Assembly: GCA_965655095.1 (NCBI GenBank)
Contig: OZ296652.1
Span: forward strand, 74,896,001-74,960,000
Direction: 5' to 3'
From: Haplodiscus bocki
Taxonomy: Eukaryota
Length of the DNA stretch: 64,000 nucleotides
Below the pieces are notes generated by a model, which was not told where the DNA came from, searched no databases, and saw nothing but the letters and a program-made list of their open reading frames with translations. Positions 1 through 10,220 of the stretch are shown one piece after another (position 1 is the stretch's first letter; every line of letters begins with the position of its first letter). The position numbers were made by a program, and so were the translations under genes.

Positions 1-458
1 CAAATCTTTAAGATCGTTATATCCAACTTTTTTTAATTCTTGAAGTATCTCATATTTTTGATTATCAAAATCTGATAATTTATATTCTTTGCCTCCTATC
101 TTTATTATATTACTCTTTTTCTAACTTCTTCCACATGTAATTCAAGAGATTTGAGCTCTAATAATTTATTTAAGTCATCAATAATTTTTTCAGCAAATTC
201 GGTTTCGTAATGTCCTGGTATAATTATTGAAAATGAATTGTTATCATCAGTTATATTAAAAACAGAATTTGTACATTCGAACGAAGACACAGCAATTAAT
301 CATTTACCTTCTTCAATCAGATTAGTTGGTGGATTAAACGAAAAAGTTTGCATTTGCTTATTCATTTTAAATTCAAGAGTCTCTTGTGGTTTTGTTCTCG
401 TTTGCTCTATCAACGTATCGGTGTGTTTTTTTATTAAAAGTAGTAATTTATTATTCAT
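1..458 (-). pseudogene. Polinton-like minor capsid (penton-like) protein, N-terminal part, disrupted
   Basis: ATG at 458 is in frame with ORF 105..290 and reads MNNKLLLLIKK...FSFNPPTNLIEEGK*LIAVSSFECTNSVFNITDDNNSF. This resembles the P-x-x-L-x-x-x-x-x-W...N-I-x-x-x-N-N-x-F N-terminus of Polinton pentons. In-frame TGA at 302-300 falls at the expected Trp, and a frameshift near 112 leaves an open frame running off the window. Confidence 0.55.
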
Positions 459-652
459 TTAAGTATTGCAAATCCACTAGCTGTGAAATCTTTAACAAAT
501 TTTTTATTATTTTTTGCAAATTTTTTGTTTTGTTTGCCTCCTCCTGAAACAGGTTGAATTTTTTTATTTTTTGTTGTGTTTTGTTTAATTTCTTTTTCAG
601 TTATTGGAATATATCTAACACTATTGTCAATTGTTATTTTTCTCAAAGTCAT
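455..652 (-). CDS. Small basic protein, candidate virion core/DNA-condensing protein
   Basis: 65 aa, very Lys-rich, TAAATG start, contains VSGG-G. Its stop overlaps the next ATG (ATGA). Function is inferred. Confidence 0.5.
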   Translation of the reverse strand: MTLRKITIDNSVRYIPITEKEIKQNTTKNKKIQPVSGGGKQNKKFAKNNKKFVKDFTASGFAILK

Positions 653-707
653 TTATAATATTTATTATTGTATAATTACATTTATCCGAATACGAATAAG
701 AAATATT

Positions 708-1124
708 TCAAGAAAGTCTTTGATAATATAAATTCAAAACAGCTGATTTAAAATCCATACCTAACACTTTTGTTAAATAAATTATATATAAACAATAACT
801 TGCACAATAACTATCATTTTTTTGAATCTGATATTCTGAATATAAACAATATCCATTTCGTTTTATGATAAATTTAGATAGTTTCTTTGGAGGTGTAATC
901 CCATATGAATCAATATAGTGTTCGTGAATATATAAAACCCAATGTGTTCCTTTTGATGGATGTAAGTTTACAATGCCAATATCAGATTCAAAAGGTCCGT
1001 CTCTTAAATAGATCCCTATATCATTCAAACACAAAGATGAAAGGATCTGTTGAATTTTTATATTTGATGTTGCTTTGTTTTTCAAATTGTGTTTTTTAAT
1101 AAAATCATTGAATGTCGGTATCAT
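708..1124 (-). CDS. Adenain-like (C5 family) maturation cysteine protease
   Basis: Intact 138-aa ORF with catalytic motifs in the order seen in adenovirus/Polinton proteases: GTHWV (His), IDSYG (Asp), QIQ...SYCASYC (oxyanion Gln, Cys). Confidence 0.9.
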   Translation of the reverse strand: MIPTFNDFIKKHNLKNKATSNIKIQQILSSLCLNDIGIYLRDGPFESDIGIVNLHPSKGTHWVLYIHEHYIDSYGITPPKKLSKFIIKRNGYCLYSEYQIQKNDSYCASYCLYIIYLTKVLGMDFKSAVLNLYYQRLS

Positions 1125-1294
1125 TTAAACACTCATATAAATGTATGTATAAATATACGTATAGTTGTATGTATTACTCATATTAATATATGTATCAATA
1201 CCCATATATTTATATGTATAACCGGAATTTATATTCTCATAAACACTCGTATAAATGTATGTATACATAAATATAATTACTCGTATAAATAAAA

Positions 1295-1729
1295 TTATGT
1301 ATTATCTTCTGATAAATCACCTCTTCTCCTTGTAACAAACAAAAAATCTTCTAAAACTTTATCAGCATTCTGAAAATTATCAAATAAACCTTTATCATAT
1401 AATATTTGTATGGTCGTTTTTACAGCTCTTTGAATTAAAATTTCTTCTACAGATTGTTTGTTGTATTGTAATTTAAATTCGTTAAAATCTTTTTCTAACT
1501 TTGATAAGTGTCCATCTATTTTCAATAATTTTTCATCTAAATAACCTTTGTTTATAACATCTTCGTTATCGATAGGTTTAAAATTTGTTGATATTTTTTC
1601 ATCTTTTTTATAAGTATCGTGTACTTCAAGTTTTAAATTATTGATATTCAAATCTTGTAATTTATCTCTTTTAGAAACGATGTTATCAAATTCGCTTTCC
1701 CATAGTTTATTATATGATATATAAGCCAT
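1295..1729 (-). CDS. Viral hypothetical protein with a fibre-neck-like motif and coiled coil
   Basis: 144 aa, TAAATG start. PIDNEDVINKGYLD resembles the P-x4-D-x-x-N-K-x-Y-V-D motif of trimeric fibre/adhesin stalks and is followed by a heptad-like helix. Confidence 0.6.
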   Translation of the reverse strand: MAYISYNKLWESEFDNIVSKRDKLQDLNINNLKLEVHDTYKKDEKISTNFKPIDNEDVINKGYLDEKLLKIDGHLSKLEKDFNEFKLQYNKQSVEEILIQRAVKTTIQILYDKGLFDNFQNADKVLEDFLFVTRRRGDLSEDNT

Positions 1730-1761
1730 TTAAACAATAATAAACATACAATATCAAAAAA

Positions 1762-2100
1762 TTAATTTTGTTTATTCATCTGTTTTTTCATCCTAAACAT
1801 AATCAAATCAGCTCTTTTCTTGTCATCGATACCTTTTAATAACTTCGCTTTTGATTCTTCTAACCATTTTTGATCATATTCTCCTATTTGATTTTTCAAA
1901 ACATCATTTTCTGTAGATAATTCAATTAAGTCATCACCTAAGACGTTGAAAGCTTTTTTGATTGCTGGCATCATAGCTGTTAACTGTTCTCCTTTCTTTG
2001 CTTGAGTCGATAGCGATTGTTGATTAAATTCTTTTAAGTCTTGTATAGTATCATTTCTTACTGTTTTATCATTAGAGCTCAATTGCATAGCTAATTCCAT
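1762..2100 (-). CDS. Viral hypothetical coiled-coil protein
   Basis: Intact 112-aa ORF, TAAATG start, helical composition, tightly packed in the gene cluster. Confidence 0.6.
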   Translation of the reverse strand: MELAMQLSSNDKTVRNDTIQDLKEFNQQSLSTQAKKGEQLTAMMPAIKKAFNVLGDDLIELSTENDVLKNQIGEYDQKWLEESKAKLLKGIDDKKRADLIMFRMKKQMNKQN

Positions 2101-2536
2101 TTAAATATTATTATTCTTAAGTATTTTATCTAAATAGTGTTCATTAATTTCATCATTCTCTTGTATGGATCCACCTTTTAATTTGTTCTTTTTATTTTTA
2201 ACTCTTTCGTTTGAAGTCGTCTTGACGTCATTTGAGGTCATTTGAGGTCTTTTGAGGTCACCAATATCGTCGATTTTAGGCTTTTTCGGTCGTTTTTTTG
2301 GTGTTATTAGGGGTAATTCTGTATGGTGAAAGCATATTTATATCGTTTCGATATCTTTTTATAGTAGAAGAAGACATATTTAATTGAGATGATATCTCTG
2401 ATTGTGTCATTTTTGGATTCTGATATTTGATATTCATGAAATCGTTCATAAGTTTCAATTTATAATATTTAGTTAACATATTAGGATCCATAGTAGAATT
2501 TTTATTTATTTCGTTTAAAGAAGGAGTATTGTTCAT
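2101..2536 (-). CDS. Helix-turn-helix DNA-binding protein split by a 1-nt homopolymer frameshift
   Basis: PKMTQSEISSQLNMSSSTIKRYR is an HTH-like pattern. Removing one base from the T7 run at 2293-2299 extends the ORF (...DLKRPQMTSNDVK...NKLKGGS...KNNNI*) to a TAA that directly abuts the next ATG at 2100. Confidence 0.65.
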
Positions 2537-2759
2537 TTATATATTTTAATAATAATATTATAAGTATAAACACTATAAATATAAGCATAATTATATACAT
2601 CCATAAGTTTTTATTTTGCTTCTTTGTGACATCAACAAAATTGACATATTCATGAATCAAATTCGTTTTAATGTTCATTAAAAAAAATATTCATACAAGT
2701 ATATAAAATTGATATCGCTAAAAACGATGATGATGATAGTAACGATTTTTAAATTATAA

Positions 2760-3266
2760 ATGATAAATCAATCAATTTATTTAGTATCGTATGTTGATAT
2801 GATTATATATTTATTATTGGTTTTTACAAATAAAAAAAGAGCTCAAATTTATTCATATCCGAATATAGAAAACAATAACAAACAAATAAAATTACTCATC
2901 GAATTTAATTATCAAAAATTATATAAACTAAATAATTATAAATTCAATAAACCAAATATGATACCTCAGAGAGATCGTTTTTTATTTAGGATTAGTGATA
3001 AAACATATATCCATATAGGTAAAAACGTTTTCACATTCAACAGCAATTCAGAAATAACCAAATACAAAGCTGATATTCGTAATGATAATGATTTTGAGCA
3101 TCCGTATGCTTATGATGATAAATTTTTATACAATCTTGTTGATTATAAATATGCACCTATTGAAAATTATAAAAAATCAAAACAAAAAAACGAATATGAT
3201 TATTTTTATAACTCGACAAGGATGCCGGGTAAAAAATTAATGAATCTTAAGTTTTTAGATAAATAA
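2760..3266 (+). CDS. Viral hypothetical protein, divergently oriented
   Basis: Intact 168-aa ORF with TAAATG start. The YIHIG..VFTF....I.KY......ND..HPYAYD pattern is reminiscent, from memory only, of hypothetical proteins in large DNA viruses. Confidence 0.6.
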   Translation: MINQSIYLVSYVDMIIYLLLVFTNKKRAQIYSYPNIENNNKQIKLLIEFNYQKLYKLNNYKFNKPNMIPQRDRFLFRISDKTYIHIGKNVFTFNSNSEITKYKADIRNDNDFEHPYAYDDKFLYNLVDYKYAPIENYKKSKQKNEYDYFYNSTRMPGKKLMNLKFLDK

Positions 3267-3736
3267 CCAAATTTTCAACATATTAAATGGCAGTTACTTT
3301 AAATAAAAAAATTAATCTTATAATCCCAAAAAAATGTAATCACAATCTTATTATTCCAAATTATAATAATCTAGGTTATGATCTTATAATACCAAAAAAT
3401 AATGAATGTAATATTATTATTCCAAATATTTGAAAATCGTGATTATATAAAAACCAAGGTATACTTACATGAATTCAAATACAAATAATAAAATTTGTTT
3501 AAATACTCATATACTTGTAAGTATATCTCTGGTATACGTACAAATATAAATGTATAAAGAAATTATAAATATTAATTGATATTGTATAATTACACTTATT
3601 CAAATATGAATAATCATATAATTATACGTATACTTGTATGAATAATTTAACATATTTTATTTATTCATATTTTTGTATGAATACTATTTTGTAATATTAT
3701 AATTATACTTATACTTGTATAGATAAGTATAAATTT

Positions 3737-4036
3737 ATTTTCTCGAAAATGGTAATAGCTACAAAGCTGAAATTTTCAGCGTAAACTTAGTTTTTAACGA
3801 GCTATCCAACGATGTCTTACTTGTATTTGTAACTTGAAATTTTATAATCTCTACATGTTTAAGGTTATGACGTCATTTCTGTTTTTGTCAATTTTCTCGA
3901 AGATTATAATAGATACAATGTTGAAATTTTCAGGGTATACTAAACTTTTAACGAGCTTTCTAATGGTATATCATTTGTATTTGTAGCTTAAAATTTTATA
4001 ACCTCTACATGTTTAAGATGACGACATTTCCTGTTT
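3737..4036 (+). repeat. Two diverged ~154-bp tandem units
   Basis: Units start ATTTTCTCGA at 3737 and 3891. Both contain TGAAATTTTCAG, TTTTAACGAGCT and CTCTACATGTTTAAG. Confidence 0.85.
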
Positions 4037-4429
4037 GTATTGCTCAGAAATCGTTTTTTTGCGTAATAAGCTAAAAATATCCACTGGCCAACTTTCGTGT
4101 CAGGCTTTTCAGCTATCTATCGAGTGAGCATTCCTGGTGGATATCCCCATCGGTCTTTTCCTCTTTTTCAAGCAACAAGACATGGACAGTTCCTCCATAT
4201 AGCTTTTGCGCGTGATGTTACAAAGACAGTGGGACGTTGGATAATCGTGAACCACAAACACGACGACTATACAATTAAGCACAGCCTTAACTTTAGTCTA
4301 TGTAACAAATACCACTAGGCTATATGGAGACGAAATAGAAAAGGAAATACTAATATAAAATTACACGTGCAAGTTCATTTTACCATTACTTTACAATTTT
4401 ATGTTTACGTAAATATGAAATCATATGTT

Positions 4430-4665
4430 CATGCTTTTTTACAAAATTAAATTTTCTTTCCTGTGTACCCCCATTGATATATAAATGATAAAGTGTTTTT
4501 ATAAAATTACAAATTCTTTCCTGTGTACCCCCATTGATAAGACTACTCAAAAAATTTTTTACAAAACTAAATTTTCTTTCCTGTGTACCCCCATTGACAT
4601 GTAAATGAAAAAATTTTTTTATAAAACCACATTTTCTTTCCTGTGTACCCCCATTGACATAGATT
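4430..4665 (+). repeat. Four 60-bp tandem units
   Basis: Invariant core TTCTTTCCTGTGTACCCCCATTGA recurs with an exact 60-bp period. Confidence 0.95.
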
Positions 4666-4679
4666 ATTTTTATGTAACT

Positions 4680-5172
4680 TTCACTGATTTTTACTAATTT
4701 TACACAAATTCCACTGATTTTTACTAATTTCATGTGATTTTTACTAATTTTACTAAATTTACGTATTTTTAACTGTTTTTTTACTGTTTTTTACCGTTTT
4801 TCACTGTTTTTCACTGTTTTTCACTATTTTTTACTGTTTTCATTGTTTTTCACTGTTTTTCTCTGTTTTTCACTGTTTTTCACTGTTTTTTACTGTTTTT
4901 CACTGTTTTTCACTGTTTTTCACTGTTTTTCACTGTTTTTCACTGTTTTTCACTGTTTTTTTACTGTTTTTCACTGTTTTTCACTGTTTTTCACTGTTTT
5001 TCACTGTTTTTCACTGTTTTTCATTGTTTTTCACTGTTTTTCACTGTTTTTCACTGTTTTTCACTGTTTTTCACTGTTTTTCACTGTTTTTCACTGTTTT
5101 TCACTGTTTTTCACTGTTTTTCACTGTTTTTTACTGTTTTTCACTGTTTTTTACTGTTTTTTTACTGTTTTT
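4680..5172 (+). repeat. 10-bp minisatellite (TCACTGTTTT)n with a degenerate left edge
   Basis: About 40 near-perfect copies from ~4770, preceded by diverged ACTGATTTT/ACTAATTTT variants. Confidence 0.97.
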
Positions 5173-5819
5173 GGGTAGGGAACAGCTATAATGTCAGATT
5201 TATTAGTAAGGAGTCGTCAGGCGAGTTACTGGTAAATCCGCATTATAGTATATTATTTAAGTGAGTGTTTTGATTAGGTGGAGGACCCTCCATATATTAA
5301 GATACGCTATAGCAAGCCGAGAAGATGCCTCTACACTAGCCGAGAACTCTCGGTGTTTTTTCGCCGTTGTGATACTCGATTCTGATTGGCTGACGAAGTT
5401 TGAGTTTTTGTGCTCGATACCGATGGGTGGTTGACTTTTCACTTTTGGGCGGCTGACTGTGTTCCGTAATGTATTGAAATAGGCAGTCAAGTTTGGTAAT
5501 GTATTAGAACATTCTATGAGGTTTTGCAAAGTGGAAAGATTGAGAGTCGGGTTTAATGACTTCTTCCGCACTGTAAGATTCCGGGAAAAAAATTGAACTG
5601 CTTTTTTCCTTGCAGGCCCACCGGAGCGACTTCAACCAATAGAGGGTTTCGAACAGTTCACCAGAGCCTGGCGACTTATGAACAAACCAGGGAATGGTTG
5701 TTCTTTTTTAACCCTAAAAATAGAAGCAGATGGGATACATGCAATACCCTAACAAAAGTAAAAAATCACTTTACTACTCTGTGTTTTGTTTTATATCAAT
5801 TTAAATAACTTTCAAAACC

Positions 5820-8800
5820 CTTTATCAATCTTTTCAGAGAGCAGTGAGTTACAAGAGTACACGCGGCTGCCGAACGCTGGCGCTCCCTTATAAGTTAACA
5901 GCAGGCGTAATATTCAATCGAAGGCGTAGTTTTTGTCCACAACCGTAATTTTTGTCCGCGTTTACCAATTTATCCGACACGTTTCAATACATTGAGTGGC
6001 CGATCGCCAAAGTCTTTGAAAATTCGTTTTTCTAAAGTTTTGGTGCTGAAACTGTACTTATTGATCTTTAACTCATTGCAACAATACGTTTCATTGCATA
6101 AACACAACGTTTCTGTATATCTAGGTTTTTCTTCAGAGGGAGCTTGTTCCCTCTTCTCATGTTTCCTGTGTGCGTTGCAGCACCTTCTGGGAAAGAAGTT
6201 GTCTGTTGCGTCGGTGGTGGAAGAGTGTGAAGTCTCTCGAGCGCATCGCGTTCCAATTGTCCCGTTTTTTTTCGGTAGAATATCGTACTCCAAGTTTTTC
6301 CACGACACACCTAACTAGAGAACATCGTTGTCTTTTTAATTTTTTTCATTTTTGTTAGTGTCACAAAACGTCTTGAAGAAGTTCCGACAAAGATCCAACA
6401 TCCTCATAATAGCATTATATATATGAAAGACTCCAGGAATGATTGGTTTTCATGCTCAACTTCGGGCTTCACCGGTTCAAGTTCGTACATTTTACTAATG
6501 AAGGTGATTCAGATGCCTGACATTTTTACTATTTGAAGAATCGTGCCCTTTTTCAATATTCGAGTACTTTTTCATTTTGTGTCTTCTCCAATCCTTTGCC
6601 TGATATCCACATGAGCTTTTGGGTTGCGGTCTTGTAGTCTCAGCTGCGACACCTGAGTTCAGAATTTCATCTCCATGACTGCTCCCAATCAAGACAGACT
6701 GTCCAAAGCTGTCGAAACGCTTTTTGGGAGTGTATTGAACGAAGCGATGAATTTTCTTGCACACCAGTTCAAGGATGCAGTAAAACAAAAGTAACGGTGT
6801 GGTGGGCGTTCTTTTGGTAAATGCAAGCCGGATATAAGCATTTTTCTGGACTGAGAGAATATCTTTGTTTTCTGCATATTCTTTCAGCAAGCTTTCAAAA
6901 TCTTCCTTACTGACTACGGTTTTTTTGAAAATTGGAGGGAAAGTTGAAAAGTGGGGACGCACATGTTCAGAAACTTCAATATCACAATGAGTGTCTCCAA
7001 AGAGCATCCCCTCGACAATTCTTTGCATGAGTCGATCTTCACTCAGAAGAAGGGTATGTGGCAGAATTCCCTGAAAATGCCTTTTGACTGATGCGATATT
7101 TAAATAGAGACTCCACCACTGGCACTCACACAATTCTACAAATCGATATCCCTTCTATTGAATATAAAGCCTGCGCTTCTCGTCTTGCTCCATTTTCTAG
7201 ACCTACTCCCAATAATTATACAGTCAGTAGATGTTGTGCTTCTCAAGAAGGACAGTAATGATGAAAACATCGCATAGCTTCAAAAGCAGTGATACAATGA
7301 TTGCATAATTCGTCTACACCAAAACAATCAATTTTTCTGACTAGAAGTAAAGTTTCTCTCGATTTTATAGTCCTGTCCTTGTCCTTGAAAGTTTGAGAAC
7401 CATATTCTCTACGGATTGGGGTTTGCTTTGGTGAGCTGTGAATTTTTCAGTTCAACTCCCACCTCGTATACAAACCAGTATGCATTGATTGACACATTGC
7501 GTGGGGATAACGCTGGCTAGGATCAAAACCAACAACAGACTTGCACCGACTTGTTGATTCCCGTATAAAAATTTAATCTACTACAGCTTCACGGGTAAAG
7601 ACCATCGATGGCAACGTCTTCTATTTTTTCAAGCAAATCCTCATCCATTCCAGTGAGGGGATAAAAACAGGTTGTTGATTTACGTAAACCAATTTTGTCC
7701 AAAATGGGTATCGTGCATTCAAGGTCCTCTTCTTGTGGTACAAATCGGTCATTTTCTGCAGTGTTCCCAATGTTGGAACACAACCTTGTTTGTTATACTA
7801 ATTATGAAAAACTGCAAAAGAGGGGATTAACTCGTTTTCTCAGACCATCTGCCAAAAGCTGTCAACTTCTCCAGTTGGCGGTACTTAGACAATTATTGAC
7901 TGGGCTACTGCTTGTGTTCTCGTTACACCATTCTTAAAAATGTTTTCAAATCGTTAGTTTTGTTCTTGGAGATGACTGTTGCGGAGGATGCTGAAGAATA
8001 GGTGATTAGACGGAATTTCTTTTGTTATTCATTCTATCTGTACCAGCAAACCATTCATAGGGGAATAGCCCATTTTGTCTGGTTTTCAGAAGACAGTTAC
8101 GAGTTGTGGCAATACCGAGGAACTTCATGATATCAAGTACCGGAATCTCCTGGAATTTGAGAAACGAAAAAGATAATTAGCCTTCCTTTTAACCGTCGGT
8201 TCAATGTCTCGTTCATTTACTAGAGTCGATCAAAAAAAGGACTTGATCAGAATATTATGTAAATTGCGCTCCTGAAACCAAAGACCTTTAACACATTCCA
8301 GTACAGTCTAAAGTATTTCTGTAGATCAATCGATTGCTTCTTTTGCTGTAGCAGGAACTGGGTAAACAGATCTTGTTCCACAGAGTCAGCGGTACAATCG
8401 CCAACAAAACCTATCATTATTTCTGCTTGATTGATCTAGTTAGTGTACCACACTGTTTTATCTTGATTCCTGTCTCAACTTCTAGAAAAATCAATTTACA
8501 CTGAGCTTTGCTTCGCGTAACAAATCATTCCGGAGCTGTAATAAAGCATGGGACGAAATAATGGGGACAAGTAATGCAAAAGAAAAAAAGGCTCAGGAAT
8601 CAAAGTTGACCGTATAGAAACTGTCTTCAGTAAATGCTTCCCGATCCAATTTGTAGTTTCAATTCCTTGTATGAGACATTTTTAACAGAGATCGATCTAC
8701 AAGCAAACATTGCGAATTTCTTGAACGGTCTTCTCTCATTTCTATATTGGATATTGAATCAATCTATTGTTTTAAAGAGTGTTTCTCAGTTTCTAAACGT

Positions 8801-9500
8801 TCTTCGAGTGAAAAAGGTTGACGCGTTCACTGCAAGAAACCAAACGTCGTTCTAGAATACCAGTGTTTGGAAATATTGTGTCACAAGTACTGCGTCGGAA
8901 AGCTTTGGAAAATGGACTGATGTTGCTGACGTAGCAAATGTGATTGCTGCAACGTTAAAAATTGAGTTTTTGCCATAAATTTCATTCGTTTCCTCGAAAG
9001 TTCGATAATTAGTTTTCCGTATTCCAAAACAAGATCTTACAAAAAATGAGCTGAAGTATATGTTTGAAGTCTCCCGTGGCATGATATCGTAACTATGCAA
9101 CAGCAGGGATACTTCTCTAAACAATCATAGGTTGTCAACTCAGGTTGTCTCGTATTTCACTCCAAAATAAGACAATTCACATTGTGTTGTTTCAAAAGAA
9201 ACTCAGCTGATACAGTGTCTTAACATCTCGTGGATAAATCTCAGAGGAATTACACAAAGGCTGTCACGTTTGTCAGTTTTCAAAGTTTCCGTTTAAGGTT
9301 AGCTCTTTTCTCTTGTTTAATGATCAGCAATTTCCATTTTCCTTAATTTTTTGTAAGTTAGCGATATCATCCTGTATGCAGTCAAGTTTGTACGTCTCCA
9401 TATCTGTATTTTTTCTTTTTCATCAAAGAATATTTTTGCTTATCTCCAATGTATCGCGGAAAAAAAACCGGTTGCAACGTTGACTTAATTTGAGCTTCCT
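5820..9500 (-). pseudogene. Protein-primed family B DNA polymerase (pPolB), decayed
   Basis: Relic motifs in the expected order: Exo II VFGFRSAIY (~8270), GLFPYEWF (~8060), motif A SVVGFDPSQRYP (~7520), ECQWW (~7120), FPPIFK, motif B AETTRPQPKSSCGY (decayed KxxxNSxYG, ~6620), motif C DND-VL (decayed DTDS, ~6330), C-terminal LCLCNETYC. The 5' boundary is approximate. Confidence 0.85.
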
Positions 9501-9879
9501 GAACGCATGATCAAATTTTTGCTGCGCAAAAACTTATTGAGGGATCACATGACTCAAATATTTACATTGTGTCTTCTCGAACTCAGTGTCAACGAAAAAA
9601 TGTTCGCAAAAATTTGGCTTCTCTTGCAATTCTCTGTCACCTTTGTCCGTCAGGAGAGTATTGATATCAAGATTGGATGTCTTTATTGGATGTCCACGTC
9701 GACTTCTTTTTTTCTTTCAACTCGCACAAAAGCCACAAAAATCGTCCAAACAAAGTTCGCATCTGTAGGTGCATTGTGTTTGCCCTCTTGGACGTTTCTT
9801 ACTGACTCCCTAATCTTTCAAACCTCTTAGGTTTTTAACCACTAGACCATAGTATCACATTTTGTAGTCAACACAAAAC

Positions 9880-10220
9880 TACCTAAATCTGACTGGTTGG
9901 AATAAAAGTTGTTTTCGTTAAAAATCGGAATCAATAGCCAATCTTCATCGGTGACACGTTGTAGGTAGTTGAACCAAAATCTGACACGCTGTAAATTTTT
10001 TCGAGCAAATTCTGATTTTTTTTTGAAAATTTTATGGGCAACCTTTGACGTTTTCACGGAGTTGAAGGGGTCAAAATGTGGCTGTTTGAACGCTGATTGT
10101 CCTTCAAAAACTGATTTTAAACCAATATTTTCAAATCAAAGTCTGACACGTTGTAGCTATAAATGTTTTAATATATGACACGTAAATTTTTATTTCAAAA
10201 TCTGATTTGTTGTACAAGTT
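9880..10220 (+). repeat. Cluster of (AATC)TGACACGTTGTA motifs between the divergent Polinton gene blocks
   Basis: TGACACG-containing copies at ~9952, 9982, 10144 and 10176, plus variants at ~9886, 10010 and 10199. Confidence 0.5.

Larger units (their letters stand above)
1..5250. mobile_element. End of an AT-rich Polinton-like/virophage-like endogenous DNA virus (continues beyond window start)
   Basis: Compact intronless gene cluster with an adenain-type cysteine protease and a penton-like gene. Much more AT-rich than the rest of the window. Ends in tiered tandem repeats (154-bp x2, 60-bp x4, 10-bp array). The exact terminus is not certain. Confidence 0.8.

Noticed and set aside
1125-1268. 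47-codon Tyr/Thr/Ile-rich minus-strand ORF ending at the protease ATG
   Set aside because: Low-complexity 6-nt-periodic DNA stays open by chance, and it lacks the TAAATG start shared by the other genes.
4430-4665. CRISPR-like look (constant core with variable intervening sequence, 60-bp period)
   Set aside because: The intervening segments resemble each other, the context is eukaryotic and there are no cas genes, so this is a diverged tandem repeat.
4386-5178. ORFs 4386..4733 and 4843..5178 with repetitive peptides
   Set aside because: They are translations of the 60-bp and 10-bp tandem repeats, with no TAAATG start or coding signature.
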